The notes beneath the pieces are model-generated. The model was not told the DNA's origin. It ran no database searches and worked only from the letters and a program-made list of their open reading frames with translations. The position numbers were made by a program, and so were the translations under genes. Below are positions 20,312 through 29,992 of a DNA stretch of 60,372 nt, one piece after another. Position 1 is the first letter of the stretch; each line of letters begins with the position of its first letter. Source of the stretch: an uncultured virus (IMG/VR IMGVR_UViG_3300008113_007374) (taxonomy: Duplodnaviria; Heunggongvirae; Uroviricota; Caudoviricetes); the IMG/VR virus record IMGVR_UViG_3300008113_007374; one strand, written 5' to 3'.

Positions 20312-21400
20312 ATGGAAGTTAATATTGAATATATTGGAATTGAGCCATCAAAAGAAGATGAAAAATTAATTAAGAGTTTTATTTCACAACTTAAAAAGAA
20401 TTATCCATTAAAAGATGATATTACTATTTTATTTCAAAATAAAAGAAATGGTGAAATGACAACGGGTTCAAGAACCAACAAAAACAAACTTAAAATTTTA
20501 GTAAAAAATAGATTAAATCGTGACGTAATGAGAACATTAGCTCACGAGTGGTCTCACGAATACCAACGAAATGTTTTAAAAAGAAAAAAAGGAAAAGATA
20601 TTGGTGGAAAAAATGAAGACGAGGCTAGTTCACAAGCATCACAAGAAATTAAAAAGTTTGAAAAATCACACAAAAAATTAGAAAAAACAGTTTATAAATT
20701 ATTTTCAGAAAAGATTGAATCAATTGAATCTTTATTAGAAGTTGATTCGTCAAAAAAAAATTTATTAATTACTGAAATAAAAAAAGTTAGTGTAGATAAA
20801 CTACCTTATAGTTATGATTCTTTAGAAAGATTTATTGATAGTGATACTATGAATACTCACTACAACAAACATTACAAAGGATATGTTGAAAAACTAAATG
20901 TTGAATTAGAAAAAATTAAAGGAAAAGATTTAGACTTAGAAGAAATTATAGAGAAAATATCAAGGTTTAATAAAGTGGTAAAAAATAATGGTGGTGGGGC
21001 ATTTAATCACGCATTATTTTGGAAAATGTTATCACCAAAAAAACAAGAGATAACCGACCCAATTCTTTCTAAAATTAAAAAAGACTTTGGTTCTTTTGAA
21101 AAATTTAAAGAATTGTTTAGTTCAGAAGCTAAATCAAAATTTGGTTCGGGGTGGGTTTGGTTAGTTTTAACAAAAAACAATAGACTAAAAGTATTAACCA
21201 CATCTAATCAAGACAACCCACTTATGAATACCGAAAAAGATGGTGGATATCCACTTTTAGGGTTAGATTTGTGGGAACACGCTTATTATCTAAAATATAA
21301 AAATAAAAGAGACGAATACATCTCTAACTTTTGGAAAGTAGTTAATTGGTCGTTTGTAAATGACCAATATAATAATCAAATTAAAAAGAAGTCCGAGTAG
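20312..21400 (+). CDS. Fusion of an N-terminal HExxH zincin-like domain and an Fe/Mn superoxide dismutase
   Basis: RTLAHEWSHEYQ...NEDEA; SOD motifs LPYSYDSLE, THYNKHY, NNGGGAFNH, FGSGWVWL, NQDNP, DLWEHAYY. Confidence 0.9.
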   Translation: MEVNIEYIGIEPSKEDEKLIKSFISQLKKNYPLKDDITILFQNKRNGEMTTGSRTNKNKLKILVKNRLNRDVMRTLAHEWSHEYQRNVLKRKKGKDIGGKNEDEASSQASQEIKKFEKSHKKLEKTVYKLFSEKIESIESLLEVDSSKKNLLITEIKKVSVDKLPYSYDSLERFIDSDTMNTHYNKHYKGYVEKLNVELEKIKGKDLDLEEIIEKISRFNKVVKNNGGGAFNHALFWKMLSPKKQEITDPILSKIKKDFGSFEKFKELFSSEAKSKFGSGWVWLVLTKNNRLKVLTTSNQDNPLMNTEKDGGYPLLGLDLWEHAYYLKYKNKRDEYISNFWKVVNWSFVNDQYNNQIKKKSE

Positions 21401-21416
21401 AATTATTTTGGTTAGA

Positions 21417-21424
21417 TATTTATA
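21417..21424 (+). promoter_or_regulatory. TATTTATA putative late promoter motif
   Basis: GATATTTATAGTAAAAATATATATG before the neck gene. Confidence 0.6.
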
Positions 21425-21436
21425 GTAAAAATATAT

Positions 21437-22558
21437 ATGTCAACTGTTGTTATAATTAATGAACCTGATAGAAGTAAACTTTACAAAAGGATTAGAAATC
21501 TTTTAGGTGCGCCGTTACGTTCTGTAGAATTAGAGGACGAAATGATGGATTCTTTATTGGAATTATCTATTGAAGATTATGAACAACACGTTCAGGATTG
21601 GTTAATTGAATCTCAATGGACATCAGTATATGGTTTGAACCTTGACGAACAATCAATCACAAGAGCATTATCAACAAGAAGTATGGATTGGGAAACTCAA
21701 TTTACGTACGCATATTCTAAAATTGTTGGTCTTCAAGCGGGTGGTGATTGGGTTTTGAAAAAAGATTACATCGACTTGGTACCTAACCAACAAATTTATG
21801 AAATACCTGCAGGTAGAGAGTTGAACGAACTTTTATGGTTTGCAAGACCAGAATTGGATGCTGCTTACTTCGACCCATTCATGGGTGGATTTGGGGGATT
21901 TGGAGGTATTGGTTTAGGTGGTGGTGCCGGTTTTTCTCAGATGGGAACAACGGGTAACTATTTTATCACACCCGCATTTGATATCCTTTTAAGAATGGCG
22001 GATATTCAAATGAAAAGAAGAATTATAACAGGAGACTTAACATATCGAGTTACCGCACTACCTGAAGGAAAAAAAGCAATTCACTTAATGAATGTTCCTG
22101 GAGGTAAATTTGATTTTGGTAATATGAGACGAAACCAACATAGAGTTTGGTATTGGTATTACGATACATTTGATAGAGAAGATTGTTTGGCTAAAAATCC
22201 TGATGTTGTAAGATTACCTTCAGATATTCCATTAGATAAATTAAGATGGGATAAATTAAATCCACCCGCACAAACTTGGGTTAGGAGATGGTTTACAGCA
22301 TATTGTAAAGAAACTTTAGCAAGAGTTAGAGGTAAGTTTAGTGGTAATTTAAAAACACCTGATTCCGAATTAACAATGGACTATTCATCCTTATCAACAG
22401 AAGCTAAAGATGAAAAAGCTATGTTATGGGAAGAACTAAAAACAAGGCTTGAAAGATTACGTCCAGAAAAAATGATGGAACAAAAGGCTTTACAAGCTGA
22501 GAATTTAAACAAATTATTAAAGTTAAGGGCATTCCAAAGTCCATATACGGTTATTTAA
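21437..22558 (+). CDS. Neck / head-tail adaptor protein (gp13-like)
   Basis: RIRNLLGAPLRSVELEDEMMD and WVRRWFTAYCKETLARVRGKF match the gp13-like pattern. Confidence 0.75.
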   Translation: MSTVVIINEPDRSKLYKRIRNLLGAPLRSVELEDEMMDSLLELSIEDYEQHVQDWLIESQWTSVYGLNLDEQSITRALSTRSMDWETQFTYAYSKIVGLQAGGDWVLKKDYIDLVPNQQIYEIPAGRELNELLWFARPELDAAYFDPFMGGFGGFGGIGLGGGAGFSQMGTTGNYFITPAFDILLRMADIQMKRRIITGDLTYRVTALPEGKKAIHLMNVPGGKFDFGNMRRNQHRVWYWYYDTFDREDCLAKNPDVVRLPSDIPLDKLRWDKLNPPAQTWVRRWFTAYCKETLARVRGKFSGNLKTPDSELTMDYSSLSTEAKDEKAMLWEELKTRLERLRPEKMMEQKALQAENLNKLLKLRAFQSPYTVI

Positions 22559-22565
22559 TAATTTT

Positions 22566-22898
22566 ATGTCAGTATTCAGGTCAATTCCATCTAAAAGAAT
22601 AATAAATGGTCATGAGATTGTGACTTCAGATGTTGCTGTTGTAACAAATTCTAAATACACAACAAACGGCGAATCGGCAATTGTCATCAAAGGAGTTGAA
22701 CTTTGTGAGTTATTTTTAAATTCAAAAACTACAGACCATGTGGTTATAAAAGCACTTACAAGAGTTGACGTAACTGCAGATTCTTTAATTGATGAAGAAT
22801 TTGATATAATCGAATTAGATAAGGGCGCTTGTGTTGAATATCGTAAAATTGGTGACTTTTGGTATATTCTTTCTTCTGATGGATTGAAAAACTCTTAG
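22566..22898 (+). CDS. Hypothetical protein (110 aa, beta-rich, possibly virion-associated)
   Basis: Clean ORF following the neck gene; its stop overlaps the polymerase stop. Confidence 0.6.
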   Translation: MSVFRSIPSKRIINGHEIVTSDVAVVTNSKYTTNGESAIVIKGVELCELFLNSKTTDHVVIKALTRVDVTADSLIDEEFDIIELDKGACVEYRKIGDFWYILSSDGLKNS

Positions 22899-25723
22899 TC
22901 GAAACTAAGAGTCATCAAATCACCTTCAGCATCGAATTCATAATATTCGTCTTGGTCTACTTTAGTGTTTTGTTTTACAAACTCATCCATCATATCCCTA
23001 TTTTTTTGAACCCATTCTGTATCAACCAATTCTAATGTATTATCAATATACATATAGTAAGGGTCAATACCAACATTTTTCCAAAACGTTAGTTCCATAT
23101 CAGATAAGGATAAAACCTCCTCTAAAGTGTCTTGGTGAGCTTCCTTCATAGGATATCCCCTTACAAGTTCTGTTTGTGTCTTTGTAAAAATAGGTCTATC
23201 CTTAGGGTCCTCAATTAAAATGTCTTCTCTTATTTCAGGTTTATATACAACCAATAATGGTTCAATTCTTTTGTTGAACGCAGCCATATATCTAGCAATA
23301 TTATACTCCCCTAATAAATCGGGATTCCTTTCAATTTCTTTTTCATCAATCAAATAACAATTTAAAACTAATTCATCTTTTTTCTTTTGAACATCACCGT
23401 GTGATTTCTTCTCACCATTATTAACATAGTAGATAGTATCACCAAGACCAGGATTCTTACCCTCTTTAATTAAAAGCTCCATGTGTGCTTGGCGGGACAT
23501 CATATTACCGGCCCTTGTGGTTTTTGTAATGTGAACTTTATAATCATCAATAGATTGTTTAACACGAGCTTTATTTGCAATTTTAGCCAAAGGAATTTGT
23601 CGGTTATACAACTTATCCACATACTCGTAATAGAAATCTAAAAATTCACCACCTTTACCATCTAATAACATTCGAAGACCTTTATCTAAGAATTCAGCAA
23701 CATATGTTTGAAGTTTTTTAGATTTAATTGTATTACCTGTAAGTTTTACTTTTCCTTTGTCTGTAAGTAGAGCATAGTTTTTACGAGCCACGTTAATGGT
23801 TGAAGGCCAAACACCATCGATGTCTAATCCCATTTCACCTCGTAAGAATAAATCATTGTATTCTGCCACATCAGCCTCCGCGCCAACATATTCTTTTCCT
23901 TCTTTAACTAATCCATTAAGACCTTTACCGACGTATTTGTATTCATCACGGTCCGATGGAGTTTCAAAGTTTACACCATCCGTATCCATTACAAGAGGAA
24001 CATAACCTCGTTTCATAAAGAACATTATCATCTGACGAAGATATTGTCTACCCGTACAAGTAATCTGTTCACCCATATCTATATCGCCCCACGGAAATAC
24101 TTGTGGTGCAGATAACGAACCAAAGAATGCGTTGATAAAGATTTTAATTGGTAATTGTTTTCTGTCGTATGAAATTGCAAGTTTTGGGTCTATTGTTTTA
24201 TATTCACTTGCCAAGTTCTTATACTTAATACGAGTATCACGGAAATACTTTAACATACTTTTCATCGCACCTGTAACATCACAAGCAGGGAACACATCAT
24301 GAACCAACTGAATAGATGGGTATAGTGAAGAGTAGTCAAGTTTCAATACGTTTTTAGAGAACCCAACCTGAACCAAACGAGAAAGACCTCCTGTAAATTT
24401 TCTTTTTTCTAATTTTCTTGGTAGAGCTAAATTATGTTTATATGACCATGAAGACATAATCATTTTCCATAACGTTGCGGTTCCCATAGTTGAAAGTCTT
24501 TCATATGTTGTTGGTACAAGTTTGGATAATAAGAAATTGGCCTGATTAAACTGCTCATCAACAACCATCGTCTCATAAAGGTCATCATCCAAGTAGTCCT
24601 CGATAATCTTAGACCCCGTAATCAATTTATAAACATCGTCACGTCTTTTACAGACCTCATCTATTTTAGAATCAAATCCAACCTTTTTGTATACTCCGTT
24701 TTCTTTATTCATCCAAAACTCTTCATTATCAAAATATATTTTACCAATCTTATCTCCTTCTACATAAACACGATTTGGTTTTTCTGCTTCAATAAATTTT
24801 GTGATATACTTCAAAGACCAACTCTTAATGTCTGAGTTGATTGCTTGAGCTCTACGAACGGCGTGTGCAATATCCACAATGTTATACCCCCACATCTGAG
24901 TTTGAACATATGGTTCCATTTCGTTCGCTAACTTTAGAATACCATCTTTTTGTTTCAAAGTATAATCAGGATGTAACGTCTTACATATTTTTTTGATATT
25001 TAATTTCAAAATCTCAGCACGTTTCAAAATAAATGGGAAGTCAAAGAATGCTGAGTTGTAACCACCAACTAAAGATGGTTTTAATTCATCAATAGTCTTG
25101 AAGAAGTCAACAATCATTTGACGTTCTTCATCTTCATTTTGTGCGGATAATAATTTTAAGAAACCACGATTGTCTTTCATCCCTATCAAGAATATCTTAC
25201 TTGTTTTGGGGTCAAGACCTGTGGTCTCGATATCGAATACAAACCTATGGATTTCATCGTATTCTTCAAATCCTTTGAATAGTCGTTTGTTTTTTTGAAT
25301 AAGGTATTGTTCTACAGGTGATAGAATTTGTATACTATCCGTGTTGTCTCTACCCCATGGGTCTAAACCTCCACCCTTAAAAAAGTTTACAAGGTTTGAG
25401 TATGATTTTGTTGTTTTAACAATGTACTTGAGTCCGTTTTCTAAACGTTCATCTCCGTAAGTATCTAATTTTTCAATAATGATACCATTTTCACTCATCG
25501 CACGTTTTTGTGCGTGTTTGTCGTTCTTGTAAAAGTTTTTACCCTTCAAGTCACCAACCCATGCAAATGGGATGAATGTGTCAGGACGTAACAACTTACC
25601 CTTAATAGGGTCTTGAATTACTTTATAAATTTTTGATGTTTTGTAATCGTATTCGAGTGAAACAATATATTTTTCGTCGTCTTCGCCTAATAAAAAGCGT
25701 TCAATTTCTTCTTGTGGAACCAT
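22895..25723 (-). CDS. Family B DNA polymerase with 3'-5' exonuclease domain
   Basis: FDIETTGLD, GYNSAFFDFPF, DYSSLYPS, KIFINAFFG, DTDG. ATG at 25723 preferred over the GTG at 25759. Confidence 0.95.
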   Translation of the reverse strand: MVPQEEIERFLLGEDDEKYIVSLEYDYKTSKIYKVIQDPIKGKLLRPDTFIPFAWVGDLKGKNFYKNDKHAQKRAMSENGIIIEKLDTYGDERLENGLKYIVKTTKSYSNLVNFFKGGGLDPWGRDNTDSIQILSPVEQYLIQKNKRLFKGFEEYDEIHRFVFDIETTGLDPKTSKIFLIGMKDNRGFLKLLSAQNEDEERQMIVDFFKTIDELKPSLVGGYNSAFFDFPFILKRAEILKLNIKKICKTLHPDYTLKQKDGILKLANEMEPYVQTQMWGYNIVDIAHAVRRAQAINSDIKSWSLKYITKFIEAEKPNRVYVEGDKIGKIYFDNEEFWMNKENGVYKKVGFDSKIDEVCKRRDDVYKLITGSKIIEDYLDDDLYETMVVDEQFNQANFLLSKLVPTTYERLSTMGTATLWKMIMSSWSYKHNLALPRKLEKRKFTGGLSRLVQVGFSKNVLKLDYSSLYPSIQLVHDVFPACDVTGAMKSMLKYFRDTRIKYKNLASEYKTIDPKLAISYDRKQLPIKIFINAFFGSLSAPQVFPWGDIDMGEQITCTGRQYLRQMIMFFMKRGYVPLVMDTDGVNFETPSDRDEYKYVGKGLNGLVKEGKEYVGAEADVAEYNDLFLRGEMGLDIDGVWPSTINVARKNYALLTDKGKVKLTGNTIKSKKLQTYVAEFLDKGLRMLLDGKGGEFLDFYYEYVDKLYNRQIPLAKIANKARVKQSIDDYKVHITKTTRAGNMMSRQAHMELLIKEGKNPGLGDTIYYVNNGEKKSHGDVQKKKDELVLNCYLIDEKEIERNPDLLGEYNIARYMAAFNKRIEPLLVVYKPEIREDILIEDPKDRPIFTKTQTELVRGYPMKEAHQDTLEEVLSLSDMELTFWKNVGIDPYYMYIDNTLELVDTEWVQKNRDMMDEFVKQNTKVDQDEYYEFDAEGDLMTLSFD

Positions 25724-25786
25724 AATTTTTATATTTAAGTTTGGTGTATTAGCTGTCACATAAATGTAACATTTACCTTCGTCCTA

Positions 25787-25815
25787 AATATAAGTGTAAA
25801 ATTTACCCTTGTCAA
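25787..25815 (-). promoter_or_regulatory. Sigma70-like promoter TTGACA-N17-TATATT for the DNA polymerase gene
   Basis: Minus strand TTGACA (25815-25810), 17-nt spacer, TATATT (25792-25787). Confidence 0.65.
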
Positions 25816-26165
25816 ATAATATTGATATAAAGATTTTCTCTGATTGGTGATATTAACTCTCCTGACTCTAACACCACTAAAAATTCACCTATAAACCTTC
25901 CTTTGGTGTTTGTGTCCTTCCCTGACCACTTATAGTAAATGTAATACTCCCACGGCGAGTCAGGATTTCTTTTGTCTTTTGCAACAATATATGCCTGTTT
26001 CATATGAATTTTTGGGATGCCCGTTTGCTCATTAACCATAGAAAACCTTAAAGTGGCGTTGTCTAATACAGAATAAAAATTTTCACCAGCATCTGTTCTA
26101 CCGTCAAAAACTACATCCATTTTTACTATGGGTAAAGTTGTATTTTGTTTTATAAAAAATTCCAT
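25812..26165 (-). CDS. BppU-N-like virion protein
   Basis: MEFFIKQNTTLP...ATLRFSM...YKWSGKDTNTKGRFIGEF; start at ATG 26165 just after the upstream stop. Confidence 0.55.
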   Translation of the reverse strand: MEFFIKQNTTLPIVKMDVVFDGRTDAGENFYSVLDNATLRFSMVNEQTGIPKIHMKQAYIVAKDKRNPDSPWEYYIYYKWSGKDTNTKGRFIGEFLVVLESGELISPIRENLYINII

Positions 26166-26167
26166 AA

Positions 26168-28048
26168 TTAACTTGTTAAACAATTAGGACACCAAAAATC
26201 AAAAAGATTAAATCGGTCTTTTAAGATTCTAAAATTATGTTGAACCTGTGAGCTATTGAATGCCTCGGTATACATTCTAAATTGTGATATTCCTCCCATA
26301 AAAGTCCCACCAAAATTTTGTTCCATTAAAATTTGTGTTGTTAATCCACTATACGTGGTCGCTGAAAGTATTTCATTTGGGAAAAGTTCAGGGTCTTGGG
26401 TATAAGAACCTGTTGTTGCTGAACTTGCGGAAAAAATTAAATTGTCGTGGAGTCCTTGAGAACCACCTCCCCATGATATATTAAACGGAACCCCTAATTG
26501 TTTTTCTTTTTCACAATTTAATTCTCTCGGTATTATCTCTTCAAAGTTCTCAATAACCATAAAGTAATACCCGTTGATGTATATTTTTAATCTGCCTAAT
26601 CTATATGACTCATCATCAAACCATCTTCTATCAAATACTACCCGATATACCTTATCCTCCTTAGTTCCACCGGAGTGTGTTTCAGGTGGCATTATTAAAT
26701 TATAAGATGTGTTATTTAATATTGATTGATATGTGACTTGTCTTATATCATTTAAACCACCTAAGTTCAATAAATCACATTCTTCTATTGTGGTATACCT
26801 TTCAAATACCGCGGTTACCATTACCCACCTATCATGTGTTATTGCTGAACATATATAATCACATACATCATAAATTGGGGGACTACAAACTTCAGTTATT
26901 GTATAACCTGTTTGCCATGTTAAACCTGTTGTCTCACAAGAACCCGTTGTAACACAATCACCGGTAATTACAATTGTCTTAACACAGACTCTTGGGTCTG
27001 CAGCACAACCACTAAATCTAATTGATAATGCGTTCGATAACACATCAAATTTAGGGTCTAATGGTGGGACAGGTAATTGTTCTGTACACGAACCACAACC
27101 ACAACCTATATTATGATATGCGGTTGTTGCACTTGTTGGGTATAGTTTTACACAATTTGCATTCGTATATCCCGTTTCATTACAAGTACAACTTGATAAA
27201 CTTGTTAGACCTGAAGTTACTCTTGTATAACCACTATCACTGGCAGGTTTACCATCGGCAAAATGATAATATTTATTCTCAGCTCTTGTACCAAAGTAAA
27301 AAAACGTTCCAGCATTTTCAGGATATCTTGTGTTTAAGTATTCTTCAGTAGACGCACTAATTGAGTATTCATCAGTTATTCTTGGTTTAATAACTGTTTC
27401 CATAGTCCACCCTTTGTTCATTCTTTCAGGGAAAACTTCATAATCATAACCAAATAATTTATAAAATCCTTGATAAAACCCACCATACAATTCTTGATAA
27501 TATCCAATACCTGGTTCAGTTTTAGAAACTATATTGTATATGACATTTTTTGGTCTACCTGAAAACACGGTATTAGGTGATGTTGTATATCCCGTTACCA
27601 TGTGAAGTTTCATTCTTCTATCGTAATAGTGTGGGTGAAACTTATAATCATTTCTTATACCCATAGTGTAGTATAATGTCTGACCTGTCATACCTGTATA
27701 TAAACCATTGTCAGTTGCAGTCAAACCAATATCACAAGTTCCTGTAAACGCAGATAAACAATTTAAATCTAAATTATCGGGATTGTAATAATTTTTAGAA
27801 AGTAATGTTGCTCCACTATAAAACACATCAAAAGACATTGTAAGTTGAGGGCAAGAATCCGTGTTGTTCAAATCTAAATTGATTGGTAATCTTGTCCCGT
27901 CATTTGCCGCAATTATATCTGTAGAAAATACAACCTCCTCGTCATAATCCCTTTCATCCGCAGCTAATGTCAAATCAAAATACTGCCTTGAATTCAAAAA
28001 AGTTTTGTACTTCGGGTAATAATATGTATTTAAATTTTGTGTAGGCAT
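26168..28048 (-). CDS. Cys/Thr-rich virion protein with a LamG/concanavalin-like C-terminal signature
   Basis: WTMETVIKP, LKIYING, FMGGISQFRMYTEAFNSSQVQHNF; preceded by the late motif. Confidence 0.55.
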   Translation of the reverse strand: MPTQNLNTYYYPKYKTFLNSRQYFDLTLAADERDYDEEVVFSTDIIAANDGTRLPINLDLNNTDSCPQLTMSFDVFYSGATLLSKNYYNPDNLDLNCLSAFTGTCDIGLTATDNGLYTGMTGQTLYYTMGIRNDYKFHPHYYDRRMKLHMVTGYTTSPNTVFSGRPKNVIYNIVSKTEPGIGYYQELYGGFYQGFYKLFGYDYEVFPERMNKGWTMETVIKPRITDEYSISASTEEYLNTRYPENAGTFFYFGTRAENKYYHFADGKPASDSGYTRVTSGLTSLSSCTCNETGYTNANCVKLYPTSATTAYHNIGCGCGSCTEQLPVPPLDPKFDVLSNALSIRFSGCAADPRVCVKTIVITGDCVTTGSCETTGLTWQTGYTITEVCSPPIYDVCDYICSAITHDRWVMVTAVFERYTTIEECDLLNLGGLNDIRQVTYQSILNNTSYNLIMPPETHSGGTKEDKVYRVVFDRRWFDDESYRLGRLKIYINGYYFMVIENFEEIIPRELNCEKEKQLGVPFNISWGGGSQGLHDNLIFSASSATTGSYTQDPELFPNEILSATTYSGLTTQILMEQNFGGTFMGGISQFRMYTEAFNSSQVQHNFRILKDRFNLFDFWCPNCLTS

Positions 28049-28059
28049 TCTTTTTTATG

Positions 28060-28086
28060 ATAAATACTTTGTTTGGAGTATTTATA
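28060..28086. promoter_or_regulatory. Back-to-back divergent TATTTAT(A) motifs
   Basis: Minus-strand TATTTAT at 28066-28060 before the gene starting at 28048; plus-strand TATTTATA at 28079-28086 before the gene at 28100. Confidence 0.65.
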
Positions 28087-28099
28087 GGTAAAAGCTCAG

Positions 28100-28843
28100 A
28101 TGAAAACGTACAAATACTCAACAGAAGAAAGGGCAGAAAGAGTTGCAAAGACTCTTGGTTGTACTGGTTCACACTATCATAATGAAAATGGTGATAGAAA
28201 ATATATGCCATGTAAGTCCCACGAAATATTTTTAAAAAAAATAAAATCTTCTGATGAGGAACCTGTCGAACAGGAAGTTACTGAGTTAATTGATGATGAC
28301 GGAACATGGTTATCATCTAATAATCGCATTATGGACCCCGCAAGTACAGGTGTGGGAACAAAAACAACAGACCAAATTGTTCCAGCCGCAAGAAACCCAA
28401 GAGACCCGTTGTTAAGAGGGTGGTATGGGTATTACGGTGAAAGTCATGTAAAAGAAGAAAACATGACCAAAGCTTTTGGATGGAAAGACACAAAAGACAT
28501 GGACGCTAAAGAAACTTTAGATTACTTCAAAGATGAATTGGGTATGGATGATGAAAAGGCGGAAGTGAGAGTTGATGATGAATTTGGTAAAAGCCCCGAA
28601 AGAGATAAAAAATCTAAATTCAAAAACAAAAAAGGATTTGTAGGTAGACCAATTTTAAAAGAAAAAGAAATAGATGAGGATGTATTGTTAAACAAAGAAA
28701 AAGAAGAAAATAATACAGAAAAAGGAAAATTAAAAGATTTAATTAACCCTCTATTAATTAGAAACATTAGGTCATTAAAGAAAATGGCTAAAGAACATGG
28801 TGTTTCTGTAAGAGATTTAATGCAAATGTTAAAAGATGAATAA
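28100..28843 (+). CDS. Hypothetical multi-segment protein with N-terminal DUF3721-like Cys/His motif
   Basis: YSTEERAERVAKTLGCTGSH...YMPCKSH; later segments are separated by VTE, VKE and LKE motifs. Confidence 0.55.
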   Translation: MKTYKYSTEERAERVAKTLGCTGSHYHNENGDRKYMPCKSHEIFLKKIKSSDEEPVEQEVTELIDDDGTWLSSNNRIMDPASTGVGTKTTDQIVPAARNPRDPLLRGWYGYYGESHVKEENMTKAFGWKDTKDMDAKETLDYFKDELGMDDEKAEVRVDDEFGKSPERDKKSKFKNKKGFVGRPILKEKEIDEDVLLNKEKEENNTEKGKLKDLINPLLIRNIRSLKKMAKEHGVSVRDLMQMLKDE

Positions 28844-29300
28844 AAACTTATACGATAGAATTGCTATAATTCCTGATAGTTTAGTTAAACATCTTAATGA
28901 TTGTTTCAGTACTGTGCAGGGTAATCAAAATATTGAGGGGTATAATAGAAATCAACAACTAAGACAATCAAAACAAGCAACATATCAACAAATAAAAAGA
29001 ATTAAAAGTTGGTTTGACAACTACAATGGTAAAAAAGAGGACGCCCCGTTTATTTTAAATGGTGGCGATAGAATGAAAAGTTGGTGTGATGAGGTTTTAA
29101 GAATTTGGAGAGATAATGATAAAAGTGGTAAAAATGTAAAAATGAATGCGGGAATGCAAAATCAATTTATTGACTCTCACCAAAAAGACCAACTAATTAA
29201 AAATCCTTTAGATAGTCACACAAAAACAAATAGTGACATAGATGTAAGAGTGGAACAAGAAATTAAATTAATGAATAAACTATATCAAAAAATATTATAA
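28836..29300 (+). CDS. Hypothetical phage protein (154 aa)
   Basis: Translationally coupled ORF; no confident family assignment. Confidence 0.6.
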   Translation: MNKNLYDRIAIIPDSLVKHLNDCFSTVQGNQNIEGYNRNQQLRQSKQATYQQIKRIKSWFDNYNGKKEDAPFILNGGDRMKSWCDEVLRIWRDNDKSGKNVKMNAGMQNQFIDSHQKDQLIKNPLDSHTKTNSDIDVRVEQEIKLMNKLYQKIL

Positions 29301-29593
29301 TGGCAGTTCAATCAGATAAAATGGATTTTTCGCAACCAAACAACGAATTATCTAGAATTGCGGAAGAACAAAGAAAAAAGTTATTTCCAAGAAATGACTT
29401 CAATCCCGCGGACCAATACTCATCAGTTCACCCTGATGCAATAGCAGATGGAGATAAAATTGGTAGGGGGACTGGCGGTGAATTAGATGTTTACAATCAA
29501 GGTGCGGGAACATCTACTGATATCGCAGAAAGAAAAGATGATTTAAAAATAAATAAATTTTCACCAAACAATCCTTATTATAACATATCATGA
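29300..29593 (+). CDS. Hypothetical phage protein (97 aa)
   Basis: TAATG and ATGA coupling at both ends. Confidence 0.6.
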   Translation: MAVQSDKMDFSQPNNELSRIAEEQRKKLFPRNDFNPADQYSSVHPDAIADGDKIGRGTGGELDVYNQGAGTSTDIAERKDDLKINKFSPNNPYYNIS

Positions 29594-29991
29594 AGTTAAT
29601 TAAAACTTTAAGCAAACTAATTACGGAAGTTGCATCTATTGATGATGTTCAAAAAAGCATCAAGCAAAAAAATGTAATCACTATTAATTACCAAGGTGAT
29701 GAGTACGGTAAAGGATATCGTGACATTGAACCAGTTTGCTTAGGTATTAGTAAAAAAGGTAATATGGTATTGAGAGCTTGGGAAAGACAAGGAGCATCAC
29801 ACTCAAATAAAGTTGAGGGCAACCCAATTCCAGGTTGGAGGATGTTTAGATTAGATAAAATATTGACTTATGCTTTACAAGGGGATAAGTTTAATGAAGT
29901 CAGACCTTTATATAACCCTAACGGTGACAATTCAATGGTTAGAGTTATTGTAAACGCAAAATTTGACGATAACACTGAAAACTTAGCATAG
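29590..29991 (+). CDS. Standalone WYL-domain protein
   Basis: ITINYQG...RDIEPVCLG...VLRAW...GWRMFRLDKI follows the WYL pattern; no HTH domain. Confidence 0.75.
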   Translation: MKLIKTLSKLITEVASIDDVQKSIKQKNVITINYQGDEYGKGYRDIEPVCLGISKKGNMVLRAWERQGASHSNKVEGNPIPGWRMFRLDKILTYALQGDKFNEVRPLYNPNGDNSMVRVIVNAKFDDNTENLA

Positions 29992-29992
29992 T

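Noticed and set aside
22895..25759. Intein or intron in the DNA polymerase or helicase
   Set aside because: Catalytic motifs are contiguous with normal spacing; no intein splice-junction or LAGLIDADG/HNH motifs seen.
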